Shown here one piece after another: positions 56,399 through 64,000 of a DNA stretch of 64,000 nt. Made by a program: the position numbers and the translations under genes. Below the pieces are notes generated by a model. The model was not told where the DNA came from, searched no databases, and saw nothing but the letters and a program-made list of their open reading frames with translations. Origin of the DNA: Candidatus Nitricoxidireducens bremensis (GTDB lineage Bacteria > Pseudomonadota > Gammaproteobacteria > Burkholderiales > Rhodocyclaceae); contig JAOTRT010000005.1 in the NCBI GenBank assembly GCA_030247725.1, forward strand, positions 161,233 through 225,232, in the 5' to 3' direction. Position 1 is the stretch's first letter; each line of letters begins with the position of its first letter.

Positions 56399-56555
56399 AG
56401 CCATGGACGCCGCGCCTGTCGTCGAAATCCCCCCGGTATCGCCGGCGGATGCCATAAACTCTCCGCCGCACCCCCTTGTCATGGCCGCCCCGGACCCGCC
56501 ACGGCGCCCCGCCGCATCACCGATGTCCCCATCGCCCATCACGCAGGAGACGCAC

Positions 56556-57200
56556 ATGCGCAGCAAACACTCGGGCTTCACCCTCGTCGAGATCGCCATC
56601 GTCCTCATCATCATCGGCCTGTTGCTGGGGGGCGTGCTCAAGGGCCAGGAACTCATCAACAGCGCCAAGGTGAAGAACCTGGCCCAGGACTTCCGCCAGG
56701 TGCCCCTGTTCATCTACGGCTACCAGGACAAGTTCAAGCGCCTGCCCGGCGACGATCCGTCGCCCGACGGTTCCCGCTTCGCCGCCTACCGGCTGGCGAC
56801 CCGGAGCGGCCAGACTCCCGGCAACGGCATCATCGAAGGGCCATGGAACTCCACCGACGTCAGCAGCGAAAACGTCCTCTTCTGGCAGCACGTGCGCGGG
56901 GCCGGCCTCGCAGTCGGCTCCACCGACTTCACCAGCGCCGCCACCGCCAACCTGCCCGCCAATGCGGAAGGCGGCCCGGTGGGTCTCCAGATGACGCCGC
57001 CTATCATCGGCCTCGGCGGCAACTACTACCTCTGCTCCGCAGGCATCAATAACCGGCTGGCCCAGCAGCTCGACACCGCCCTGGACGACGGCTTCCCCGA
57101 CAAGGGCACGGTGCGCGCCCAGGCCGCCTGGAACACCGGCGCGGGCGGCGACGCGAGCTACGCCGACGGCGCTTCCTACACGGTGTGCATGGCCTTCTGA
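56556..57200 (+). CDS. type IV (MSHA-like) major pilin candidate
   Basis: The ATG at 56556 is preceded by CAGGAGA. Leader MRSKHSG/FTLVEIAIVLIIIGLLLGGVLKGQELINSAKVKN. 214 aa, with a C-terminal Cys pair. Confidence 0.8.
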   Translation: MRSKHSGFTLVEIAIVLIIIGLLLGGVLKGQELINSAKVKNLAQDFRQVPLFIYGYQDKFKRLPGDDPSPDGSRFAAYRLATRSGQTPGNGIIEGPWNSTDVSSENVLFWQHVRGAGLAVGSTDFTSAATANLPANAEGGPVGLQMTPPIIGLGGNYYLCSAGINNRLAQQLDTALDDGFPDKGTVRAQAAWNTGAGGDASYADGASYTVCMAF

Positions 57201-57203
57201 CGG

Positions 57204-57228
57204 TGCCGCCGGCCTTGCACCGGCGGCG
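57204..57228. terminator. GC hairpin between the convergent pilin and HD-GYP genes
   Basis: GCCGCCGG-ccttgca-CCGGCGGC, directly after the pilin stop. There is no U tract. Confidence 0.3.
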
Positions 57229-57234
57229 GCAGGT

Positions 57235-58530
57235 TCAGCCTTCCCGGGCGACGTAGAGGGTGATCGGCAGTTCGTCCGTCACTTCGATGCGCACGAGCTG
57301 GGCGATCTCGACGGCGGTCAGCACGTGGTCCTTCGCCAGCAGCAGGTAGCCGTCCCGGTGCAGCAGGTCGCGCGTCAGGCGCATGCCCGGCTGCAGGGAG
57401 CCCGGCCGCAGGGGCACCTCGATGAACTCGTCCGGATTGGCCTCGGCGAGCACGGTGCCGAAAGCATCCACCACGCTCGGGTCGTAGCGCTTGCCGCGAT
57501 TCTCGACGAGGAAGCGCAGGGCGTCGGCCGGGGCCAGGGTCTTGGCGACGAGGGTACCGAGCTGCAGGGCGTCGTAGTCGTTGACGGCGGCGAGGATGCG
57601 CGCCCCCAGGGGTATCTCCATGCCGGACAGGCCTTCCGGGTAGCCCTTGCCGTCGAACTGCTCGTGGTGGTGGCGCACCAGGCCGGCAACGCCGGCCAGC
57701 TGCTCGATGGGCATCAGCAATTGCTGGCCCTTGGCGGGATGCTTCATGACCTCGGCGCGGGTCTCCGGGCCGAGGGTGTTGAAGGGCCGCTCGATGGCCT
57801 CGTCCTTGAGGCCGAGCTTGCCGATGTCGTGCAGCAGCGCCGCCAGGAACACTTCCTGGGCCGCCGCCTCGTCGAGGCCCAGCTTGCGCGCCACCTTGAG
57901 GGCGTGGTCGGCGACGCGGCGCGAATGGCCGGCGAGGGGGCCGCCGCGCATTTCCATGATGGACGAAAAAACGTTGACCGTGCTGACGAAGCTGCGCCGC
58001 AGGTTCTTGAGGGCCTGCTGAAGCTGGCGCGTGCGTTCCTCGACGCGCTGCTCCAGGGTGGCGTTGAGGTTGCGCAGCGCCTCGTTCTGGTCCTGGGTCA
58101 GTTTCAGCAGGCGGGCGTTCTCCTGCATCAGGTGACGGTGGCCGAGGGCCTGCTGCACCGTCAGTACCAGATCCTCGTCCTCCCAGGGCTTGGCAATGTA
58201 GCGCCAGATCTTGCCGCGGTTCACCGCGGCGATAGTGGAGGCCACGTCGGCGAAGCCCGTCAGCAGGATGCGCTTGGTCTCCGGCCAGCGGGCGAAGACC
58301 TGTTCGAGAAGCTGGGCGCCGTCCATCTCCGGCATGCGCATGTCGGAGATGACCACGTCGACGCGCTCCCGCGCCAGCAGTTCGAGGGCCTCGCGGCCGG
58401 AGCCGGCGACGAAGACCTCCAGCCCGTGCTGGCGCAGCAGCCGCCGCAGGGACGAGAGGATCGACGGTTCGTCGTCCACCACCAGGACGCGGCCGGGATC
58501 GGCTTCCGTCCGTCCGTTTTCCGCAACCAT
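57235..58530 (-). CDS. response regulator with HD-GYP c-di-GMP phosphodiesterase domain (RpfG-like)
   Basis: The ATG at 58530 overlaps the upstream stop. REC domain (VLVVDDEPS ... VISDMRMPEMDG ... KPW). HD-GYP motifs LLHDIGK and HHHEQFDGKGYP. Confidence 0.9.
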   Translation of the reverse strand: MVAENGRTEADPGRVLVVDDEPSILSSLRRLLRQHGLEVFVAGSGREALELLARERVDVVISDMRMPEMDGAQLLEQVFARWPETKRILLTGFADVASTIAAVNRGKIWRYIAKPWEDEDLVLTVQQALGHRHLMQENARLLKLTQDQNEALRNLNATLEQRVEERTRQLQQALKNLRRSFVSTVNVFSSIMEMRGGPLAGHSRRVADHALKVARKLGLDEAAAQEVFLAALLHDIGKLGLKDEAIERPFNTLGPETRAEVMKHPAKGQQLLMPIEQLAGVAGLVRHHHEQFDGKGYPEGLSGMEIPLGARILAAVNDYDALQLGTLVAKTLAPADALRFLVENRGKRYDPSVVDAFGTVLAEANPDEFIEVPLRPGSLQPGMRLTRDLLHRDGYLLLAKDHVLTAVEIAQLVRIEVTDELPITLYVAREG

Positions 58531-59858
58531 CAAGGCGTCTCCTTGGCTTCGACACCCGCCGGCCTGACCGGCAGGGTGATGGTGAATTCCGTGCCCTTGC
58601 CGGGCGTGCTCGCCACCTCGATACGGCCCTGGTGGCGGTCGATGATGCTCCACGTGAGAGAGAGCCCGAGCCCGGTGCCCTTGCCGACCGGTTTGGTGGT
58701 GAAGAAGGGATCGAAGACCCGTTCCAGGTGTTCCGGCGGGATGCCGCAGCCGGTATCGGCGATGCGGATGCGCACCGCGCCGTCGCCCGGGGCGTCGGCG
58801 ACCCGTTCCGTGGCGATGGTGACCTCGCCGCGGCTCTCGATGGCCTGGGCGGCATTCACCAGCAGGTTGAGGAACACCTGGTTGAGCTGGGACGGCAGGC
58901 AATAGACCCGGGGCAGGTCGCCGTAGTGGCGGGTCACCGTGCACTTGTACTTGAGTTCGTTCCAGGCGATGTTGAGGGTGGAATCGAGGCCCTGATGCAG
59001 GTCCGCCCACTGCCAGGCGGTATCGCCGCTGCGGGAGAAGTCCTTGAGGTCCTGGACGATCCGGCGCACGCGGGCGACCCCCTCCTTCGATTCGGCCAGC
59101 AGGGCGGCGATGTCCTTCTTGAGGAATTCGTAGTCGCAGTCGCGCTTCAGACCTCGGGCGCGGTCGAAGGCCGGGTCTGCGGCATGGGCCGCTTCCGCTT
59201 CCTCGTAGGCGGCGACGACGGCGAAGATGTCCTGCAGGTATTTCTCCAGGGTGCCGAGGTTGGAGCCGACGAAGCCGACAGGATTGTTGATCTCGTGGGC
59301 CACGCCGGCGGCAAGCTGCCCCATGGCCGACAGCTTCTCGGCCTGCATCAGCTGGAGCTGGGCCTGTTCGAGGGCGTGGGTGCCCTCGTCCACCTGGTGC
59401 GTCAGCCGCTCGTTGTTCTTGCGCAGCATGTCGCGGGCCGCCTTGGCATCGAGCTGGGCCTGCACCCGCGAGAGGACGATGGCGCCGCGGATGGGCTTGT
59501 GGAGGTAATCGGCCGCGCCGGCCTCGAAGCCGTGCAGTTCGTCCTCCTCGTCCTGCATGGCGGTGACGAACATCACCGGAATGTCGCGGGTAAGGTCGTC
59601 TTCGCGCAGGTGGCGCAGTACTTCGAAGCCGTCCATTTCCGGCATCATGATGTCGAGCAGGATCAGGTCCGGCCGCGGGCTGCGCCGGGCGGCGCGCAAG
59701 GCCCGTTCGCCGGAATTGGCGACGCGCACGCGATAGCGGGGCTGCAGCAGACGGCCGAGCACCGTCAGGTTCATGGGCTCGTCGTCGACGATCAGGATGG
59801 CGGGCCTGCCGTCGTTGACGTCCTCGTCGGGAAAATCGGCTTCGTGGTCTTCCGTCAT
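58530..59858 (-). CDS. hybrid receiver-histidine kinase (REC-HisKA-HATPase, no sensor domain)
   Basis: 442-aa ORF. N-terminal REC (ILIVDDEP ... LLDIMMPEMDG), H-box GVAHEINNP, and N/G boxes NLLVNAAQA, DTGCGI, GTGLGL. Confidence 0.85.
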   Translation of the reverse strand: MTEDHEADFPDEDVNDGRPAILIVDDEPMNLTVLGRLLQPRYRVRVANSGERALRAARRSPRPDLILLDIMMPEMDGFEVLRHLREDDLTRDIPVMFVTAMQDEEDELHGFEAGAADYLHKPIRGAIVLSRVQAQLDAKAARDMLRKNNERLTHQVDEGTHALEQAQLQLMQAEKLSAMGQLAAGVAHEINNPVGFVGSNLGTLEKYLQDIFAVVAAYEEAEAAHAADPAFDRARGLKRDCDYEFLKKDIAALLAESKEGVARVRRIVQDLKDFSRSGDTAWQWADLHQGLDSTLNIAWNELKYKCTVTRHYGDLPRVYCLPSQLNQVFLNLLVNAAQAIESRGEVTIATERVADAPGDGAVRIRIADTGCGIPPEHLERVFDPFFTTKPVGKGTGLGLSLTWSIIDRHQGRIEVASTPGKGTEFTITLPVRPAGVEAKETP

Positions 59859-59892
59859 GGCGTCTTCCTCACGCGGGGCTGGGCGTGGCTCT

Positions 59893-60873
59893 CTAGTCCA
59901 CCGCTCCCAGATCGCGGGCGCGGCAGATCTGCGCCAGGATGCGGTTCTCCAGTTGCAGGCGGCGCCGCGTCAGGGCCTGGGCCACCGCGACGCGCAATTC
60001 GAAGTCCACCCAGGGCTTGGCGATGAAGGCATGGATGTGGGCCAGGTCCAGGGCAAGGACGATGGCTTCCATGTTGGCGGCGCCGGAAAGCAGGATGGCG
60101 GCGCAGTCCGGCTGCTTCTCGGCGAAGGCGGCGAGGAACTGGGCGCCGTCCATGCCCGGCATGCGGTAGTCGGCGAGGACGCAGGAGAAGACGATGTCGT
60201 CGGCCATCTTCAGGGCCTGCAGGGGCGTCGTCGCGACATGGACGTTGAGGCTGCCCGGGTTCAGGTCGGGCGCGTGGCCGTGGGCTTCCACCAGGGCCTC
60301 GTGGAAGACGTCGTCGAGACGGCTGCGCTGGGTCAGTACGCGGGCAATCGCATTGCCGACGTTGGCGTCGTCGTCCACCACAAGGATCTGGTCCACCGCA
60401 TTCACCGCACCGGGCGGCAGCTCGATGCCGTGTTCGCGCAGCGTCCTGGCCAGGCGGCGGTTTTCCAGGCTGGCCTGGCGGAACTGGGCGGCCTGGGCCA
60501 GGGTGCTCTTGAGGAAATAGGCGCTCCACGGCTTCGGTATGAAGCGATAGATATGGGTCTCGTTGATCATGCGGATCAGCGAGTCCAGGTCGGTCTGTCC
60601 CGAAAGCACGACGCGCATGCAGTCGGGCTGCTCCTTGGCCAGGGCCTTGAGGAAGTCGAGGCCGTTCATGCCGGGCATGCGGTAATCGGACAGCACGACA
60701 TCGAAAGCCTGCTCCTTGGCCCGTTCCAGGGCGGCCAGCGGATCGGTGAAGGTCTCGATCTCGTAGCTGTGGTGCCCCAGCGGCGGCGTCGTCAGTTCCC
60801 GGCGCACGGCATTGACGATGCCGGGCTCGTCATCGACAACCAGAAGGCGATGCTTCTGCGGGCTGCTATCCAT
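59893..60873 (-). CDS. response regulator with two tandem receiver domains, no output domain
   Basis: The ATG at 60873 lies within ORF 59893..60996. REC1 is LLVVDDEPG ... LSDYRMPGMNG ... PKPW. REC2 is ILVVDDDAN ... LADYRMPGMDG ... AKPW. Confidence 0.8.
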   Translation of the reverse strand: MDSSPQKHRLLVVDDEPGIVNAVRRELTTPPLGHHSYEIETFTDPLAALERAKEQAFDVVLSDYRMPGMNGLDFLKALAKEQPDCMRVVLSGQTDLDSLIRMINETHIYRFIPKPWSAYFLKSTLAQAAQFRQASLENRRLARTLREHGIELPPGAVNAVDQILVVDDDANVGNAIARVLTQRSRLDDVFHEALVEAHGHAPDLNPGSLNVHVATTPLQALKMADDIVFSCVLADYRMPGMDGAQFLAAFAEKQPDCAAILLSGAANMEAIVLALDLAHIHAFIAKPWVDFELRVAVAQALTRRRLQLENRILAQICRARDLGAVD

Positions 60874-61024
60874 ATCCACGACGGTCTCCTCGGTCGGGTT
60901 TCGCGCTAGGCCGCCTATTCTGCGGCAAGGCGGCCGAAATTGACGCTCAAGGCCTGAAAAAAGTGGCGTCGACGCAGCTCCCCGGATGGACGACATCGAA
61001 CCGCCGCCACCGATGACGCCTGCA

Positions 61025-61447
61025 TCAACGGCCGCAGCGAAAGCCCATCAGCAGTTCGAGCGCCAGGCCGGGTTTGGCGCCGATGGCGGCGGCGTCGAAG
61101 CCATGGGCGAAGAAGGGGGCGTAGCCGGGACTGGCGCCTGCCTCGGCGGCGCCGAGGCGGCGGAAACCCATGCTCCAGGTCTCGAAGCTGCGCGCCGCAA
61201 TCGGTTCCCGTTCGATGAGGATGATGCCGGTGTGGCGGTGATCCTGGCAGATGCGGGCGTAGGTCTCGTCCACGTCCGCCGCCTCCCCCTCCAGCACCTG
61301 CATGAAGGTGCCGCCGGCGTAGAGCAGCATGCCGGTGACCCGGCGTTGGCCGTTGCGGCGCACGGCGGTATCGAGAATGCGGTCGAGTTCCGGCGTGTCG
61401 AATTCCTCGCGCGCAGTGCTGACGTAGATCAGATGGATCAGGGCCAT
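61025..61447 (-). CDS. short BLUF-domain blue-light photoreceptor
   Basis: The ATG at 61447 is preceded by AGAGGAGGAG. LIYVSTA ... VTGMLLYAGGTFMQVLEG ... DHRH are classic BLUF motifs. 140 aa. Confidence 0.85.
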   Translation of the reverse strand: MALIHLIYVSTAREEFDTPELDRILDTAVRRNGQRRVTGMLLYAGGTFMQVLEGEAADVDETYARICQDHRHTGIILIEREPIAARSFETWSMGFRRLGAAEAGASPGYAPFFAHGFDAAAIGAKPGLALELLMGFRCGR

Positions 61448-61506
61448 GGTTGGCTCCTCCTCTGGATTTCCCTTGCCCGGCGCGCCCATGGCGATGGCGG
61501 CCGGCC

Positions 61507-63474
61507 TCAACCGCACAACAGCCGATTCTCGGCGTCGGCGAGGGCTTTCGGCGGTCCGAGGAGAACGACGATGTCCTCGGCCTCAACCTGCAGTTCCGCC
61601 GTCACGGCCAGGCCGCGCGCGCTGCGGCGGCGGACTGCCGACACCTGGGCGCCGAATTGCTCGACGCCGATCTCGCCCAGGCTGCGGCCCACGGCCCAGG
61701 CGCCGGCGCCGAGGGAGACGGCCCTGAGGCGCGGCATCTGACCTTCGTGCAGGTTGTCGCCCGCGTCGGTGGCGCCGTGGAAGAAGCCGCGCAGCAGTTC
61801 GTAGTGGTGCTCCCGCAGCTCGCGCAGGCGCTTGATGACCTTGTGCATGGGTACGCCCAGCAGGGCGAGGGCGTGGGTGGCGAGCATGACGCTGGACTCC
61901 AGGGCCTCGGGCACCACCTCGGCGGCGCCGGCGGCGAAGAGCCGCTCGGCGTCGTCCTGCTCGCGCGAGCGCGCCACCACCGGCACGTCGGTGCGCACCT
62001 CGCGGATGCGGTGCAGGACGCGCAGGCCGGCGTCGATCTCGGCGAAGGTGATGATGACCACGCTGGCCCGCGCCAGGCCCGCCGCCATGAGGATCTCCGT
62101 GCGCGTGCAGTCGCCGAACACCACCGGCTCGCCGGCGGCGGCGGCTTCGCGCACGCGCTCGGGGTCGTAGTCGAGGGCCACGTAGGAAATGCCCTCCCGT
62201 TCGAGGAAGCGGGCCAGGTGCTGGCCGGTGCGGCCGTAGCCGCAGAGGATGGCGTGCTTTTCGGCCGTCACGGTGCGGGCGGCGATCTGCGTGAGCTGCA
62301 TGGAGCGCAACAGCCATTCGGAGGCCACCAGGCGCATGACGATGCGGTCGGAGAAATGGACGATCAGGGGCGCCAGCAGCAGCGACAGCACCAGGGCCGC
62401 CAGCACCGGCTGGATCACCGCCGGCGCCAGGGCGCCGGTGCGGGACGCCTCGGCCAGCAGCACGAAGCCGAACTCGCCGCCGGCGCAAAGCCACAGGCCG
62501 GTGCGCAGGGCCGTGCCCGGTGCGGCGCCGAAGGCCCGCGAAAGTCCCCAGGCCACCGCCAGCTTGCCCGCCAGCAGCAGGGCCAGCACGCCGAGCACGG
62601 CGGGCCAGTTGCCGGCGATGGCGCCGAAGTCGAGCATCATGCCGATGGAGATGAAGAACAGGCCCAACAGCACGTCGCGGAAGGGCTTGATGTCCTCCTC
62701 CACCTGGTAGCGGTATTCCGTCTCCGAGATCAGCATGCCGGCGATGAAGGCGCCCAGGGCCAGGGACAGGCCCGCCAGTTCCGTGAGCCAGGCCAGGCCC
62801 AGGGTCACCAGCAGCACGTTGAGCATGAACAGTTCGCCCGACCTGCGGCGCGCCACCAGGTAGAACCAGCCGCTCATGAGCCGCTGGCCGACGAACAGCA
62901 CCAGGCCCAGCACCACCGCCGCCTTGAGACCGGCGGCGGCGAGCTCGCCGGCCAGTTCCGTGACGGATTCCGACAGGGCGGGAATCAGGATCAGCAGCGG
63001 CACCACGGCCAGGTCCTGGAACAGCAGCACGCCCATGACCTCGCGGCCGTGGGGCGAGTCGAGTTCGATGCGGTCCGCCAGCAGCTTGGAGAGGATGGCG
63101 GTGGACGACATGGCGAGGAGGCCGCCGAGGGCGATGCCGGCGAGCCAGGTCTGGCCGAGGGCCACCGCCGCCGCGACGGCGACCGCCATGGTGGCCGCCA
63201 CCTGGGCCATGCCGAGCCCGAAGACGATGCGCTTCATGGCGATGAGGCGCGGCAGGGAGAATTCCAGGCCGATGGTGAACATCAGGAAGACGACGCCGAA
63301 CTCGGCCAGGTGGCGCGCATCCTCGCTCGCGGGCAGCAGGCCGAAGGCGTGGGGCCCGACGGCGGCGCCCACCAGCAGATAGCCGAGGATGGGCGGCAGC
63401 GACATGGCGCGGAACACCGCCACCACCAGCACGGAAGCACCTAGCAGCAGGAGGACGAGTTGCAGGGCGTTCAT
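61507..63474 (-). CDS. CPA2 monovalent cation:proton antiporter with RCK (TrkA-N/TrkA-C) domains (YbaL/KefB-like)
   Basis: The ATG at 63474 lies within ORF 61507..63525. About 12 TM helices, with a LPPILGYLLVGAAVGPH start. The Rossmann motif ILCGYGRTGQ marks the RCK domain. Confidence 0.9.
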   Translation of the reverse strand: MNALQLVLLLLGASVLVVAVFRAMSLPPILGYLLVGAAVGPHAFGLLPASEDARHLAEFGVVFLMFTIGLEFSLPRLIAMKRIVFGLGMAQVAATMAVAVAAAVALGQTWLAGIALGGLLAMSSTAILSKLLADRIELDSPHGREVMGVLLFQDLAVVPLLILIPALSESVTELAGELAAAGLKAAVVLGLVLFVGQRLMSGWFYLVARRRSGELFMLNVLLVTLGLAWLTELAGLSLALGAFIAGMLISETEYRYQVEEDIKPFRDVLLGLFFISIGMMLDFGAIAGNWPAVLGVLALLLAGKLAVAWGLSRAFGAAPGTALRTGLWLCAGGEFGFVLLAEASRTGALAPAVIQPVLAALVLSLLLAPLIVHFSDRIVMRLVASEWLLRSMQLTQIAARTVTAEKHAILCGYGRTGQHLARFLEREGISYVALDYDPERVREAAAAGEPVVFGDCTRTEILMAAGLARASVVIITFAEIDAGLRVLHRIREVRTDVPVVARSREQDDAERLFAAGAAEVVPEALESSVMLATHALALLGVPMHKVIKRLRELREHHYELLRGFFHGATDAGDNLHEGQMPRLRAVSLGAGAWAVGRSLGEIGVEQFGAQVSAVRRRSARGLAVTAELQVEAEDIVVLLGPPKALADAENRLLCG

Positions 63475-63543
63475 CTGGGCGGGGAATGGGGCGGCGCAAG
63501 GCCCTGGGGCTATAATTTGGCCCAATCATAAACGATCCCCACC

Positions 63544-64000
63544 ATGACCCAAGCTCCCGATTCGTCCCGCGCAATCGCCATGGCCCGGCGTGTCCTGGTC
63601 ATCGAGGCGGAAGCGGTGACAGCGCTGGCCGACCGCCTCGGCGACGACTTCCGCCGGGCCGTCGACCTGATCCTCACCAGCCACGGCCGCGTCATCGTCA
63701 GCGGCATCGGCAAATCGGGCCACGTGGCGCGCAAGATCGCCGCCACCATGGCCAGCACCGGCACCCCGGCCTACTTCGTGCACGCCGCCGAGGCGGTGCA
63801 CGGCGACCTCGGCATGATCACCCATGAGGACGTGGTGATCGCCATCTCCAACTCCGGCGAGAACGACGAGCTGCTGACCATCGTGCCGCTGATCAAGCGC
63901 CAGGGCGGCCGGCTCATCGCCATCACCGGCAACGCCGCCTCGTCCCTGGCCCAGGAGGCCGACGTCCATCTCGACGCCCGCGTACGCGAGGAGGCCTGCC
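63544..64000 (+). CDS. kdsD: arabinose-5-phosphate isomerase (KdsD/GutQ), 3' end outside window
   Basis: Read manually from the ATG at 63544: MTQAPDSS...RVIVSGIGKSGHVARKIAATMASTGTPAYFVHAAEAVHGDLGMI...AISNSGE, the SIS-domain signature. The frame is open to the window end. Confidence 0.85.
   Translation, partial: MTQAPDSSRAIAMARRVLVIEAEAVTALADRLGDDFRRAVDLILTSHGRVIVSGIGKSGHVARKIAATMASTGTPAYFVHAAEAVHGDLGMITHEDVVIAISNSGENDELLTIVPLIKRQGGRLIAITGNAASSLAQEADVHLDARVREEAC

Noticed and set aside
63526-63969. 147-aa minus-strand ORF (and 63510..63764) at the right edge
   Set aside because: Both are antisense to a manually read plus-strand frame carrying the KdsD SIS-domain signature (VSGIGKSGHVARKIAATMASTGTP). 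The plus-strand gene is missing from the ORF track only because its stop lies outside the window.

Overview
This is a high-GC chromosomal segment (over 65% by eye). Its gene order looks betaproteobacterial, Rhodocyclales-like, which is an inference. All functions were called by reading motifs in the ORF translations; no database search was run.

Left to right the window holds:
- the 3' part of paaK;
- a stress cluster (srkA, hsp20, msrA, PAS histidine kinase);
- a roughly 4 kb low-GC island that reads as an integron-type gene-cassette array. It has four attC-like imperfect palindromes, each just downstream of a short minus-strand ORF, plus BrnT/BrnA and MgtC. No integrase is in reach;
- an 11-gene minus-strand aromatic-type catabolic operon ending in a TRAP transporter;
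- a parvulin PPIase, nif3 and a DegS-like protease;
- tatCBA, HIT and hisEIFAHB;
- an interrupted his operon, with an inverted hisC plus tandem-TusA, NYN-LOTUS and ankyrin genes between hisB and hisD;
- hisDG, murA, ibaG, an ABC-2 exporter and mlaBCADEF;
- a 15 kb plus-strand MSHA-like type IV pilus locus: mshM, L, N, E, G, then I/J/K-like genes, a 1057-aa pseudopilin carrying a split L-type-lectin-like domain and four internal repeats, and two pilins;
- a receiver-rich HD-GYP/histidine-kinase module, a short BLUF photoreceptor, a CPA2 antiporter and the 5' end of kdsD.

The best candidates for something new are:
- the unknown-function cassettes, especially a two-gene cassette;
- the giant lectin-bearing pseudopilin in a minimal, permuted MSHA locus;
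- a possible light / c-di-GMP control axis next to that pilus;
- a 370-nt highly structured intergenic region;
- the non-canonical ring-cleavage operon.

Many very long ORFs in the track are off-frame or antisense artefacts of high GC and were rejected.
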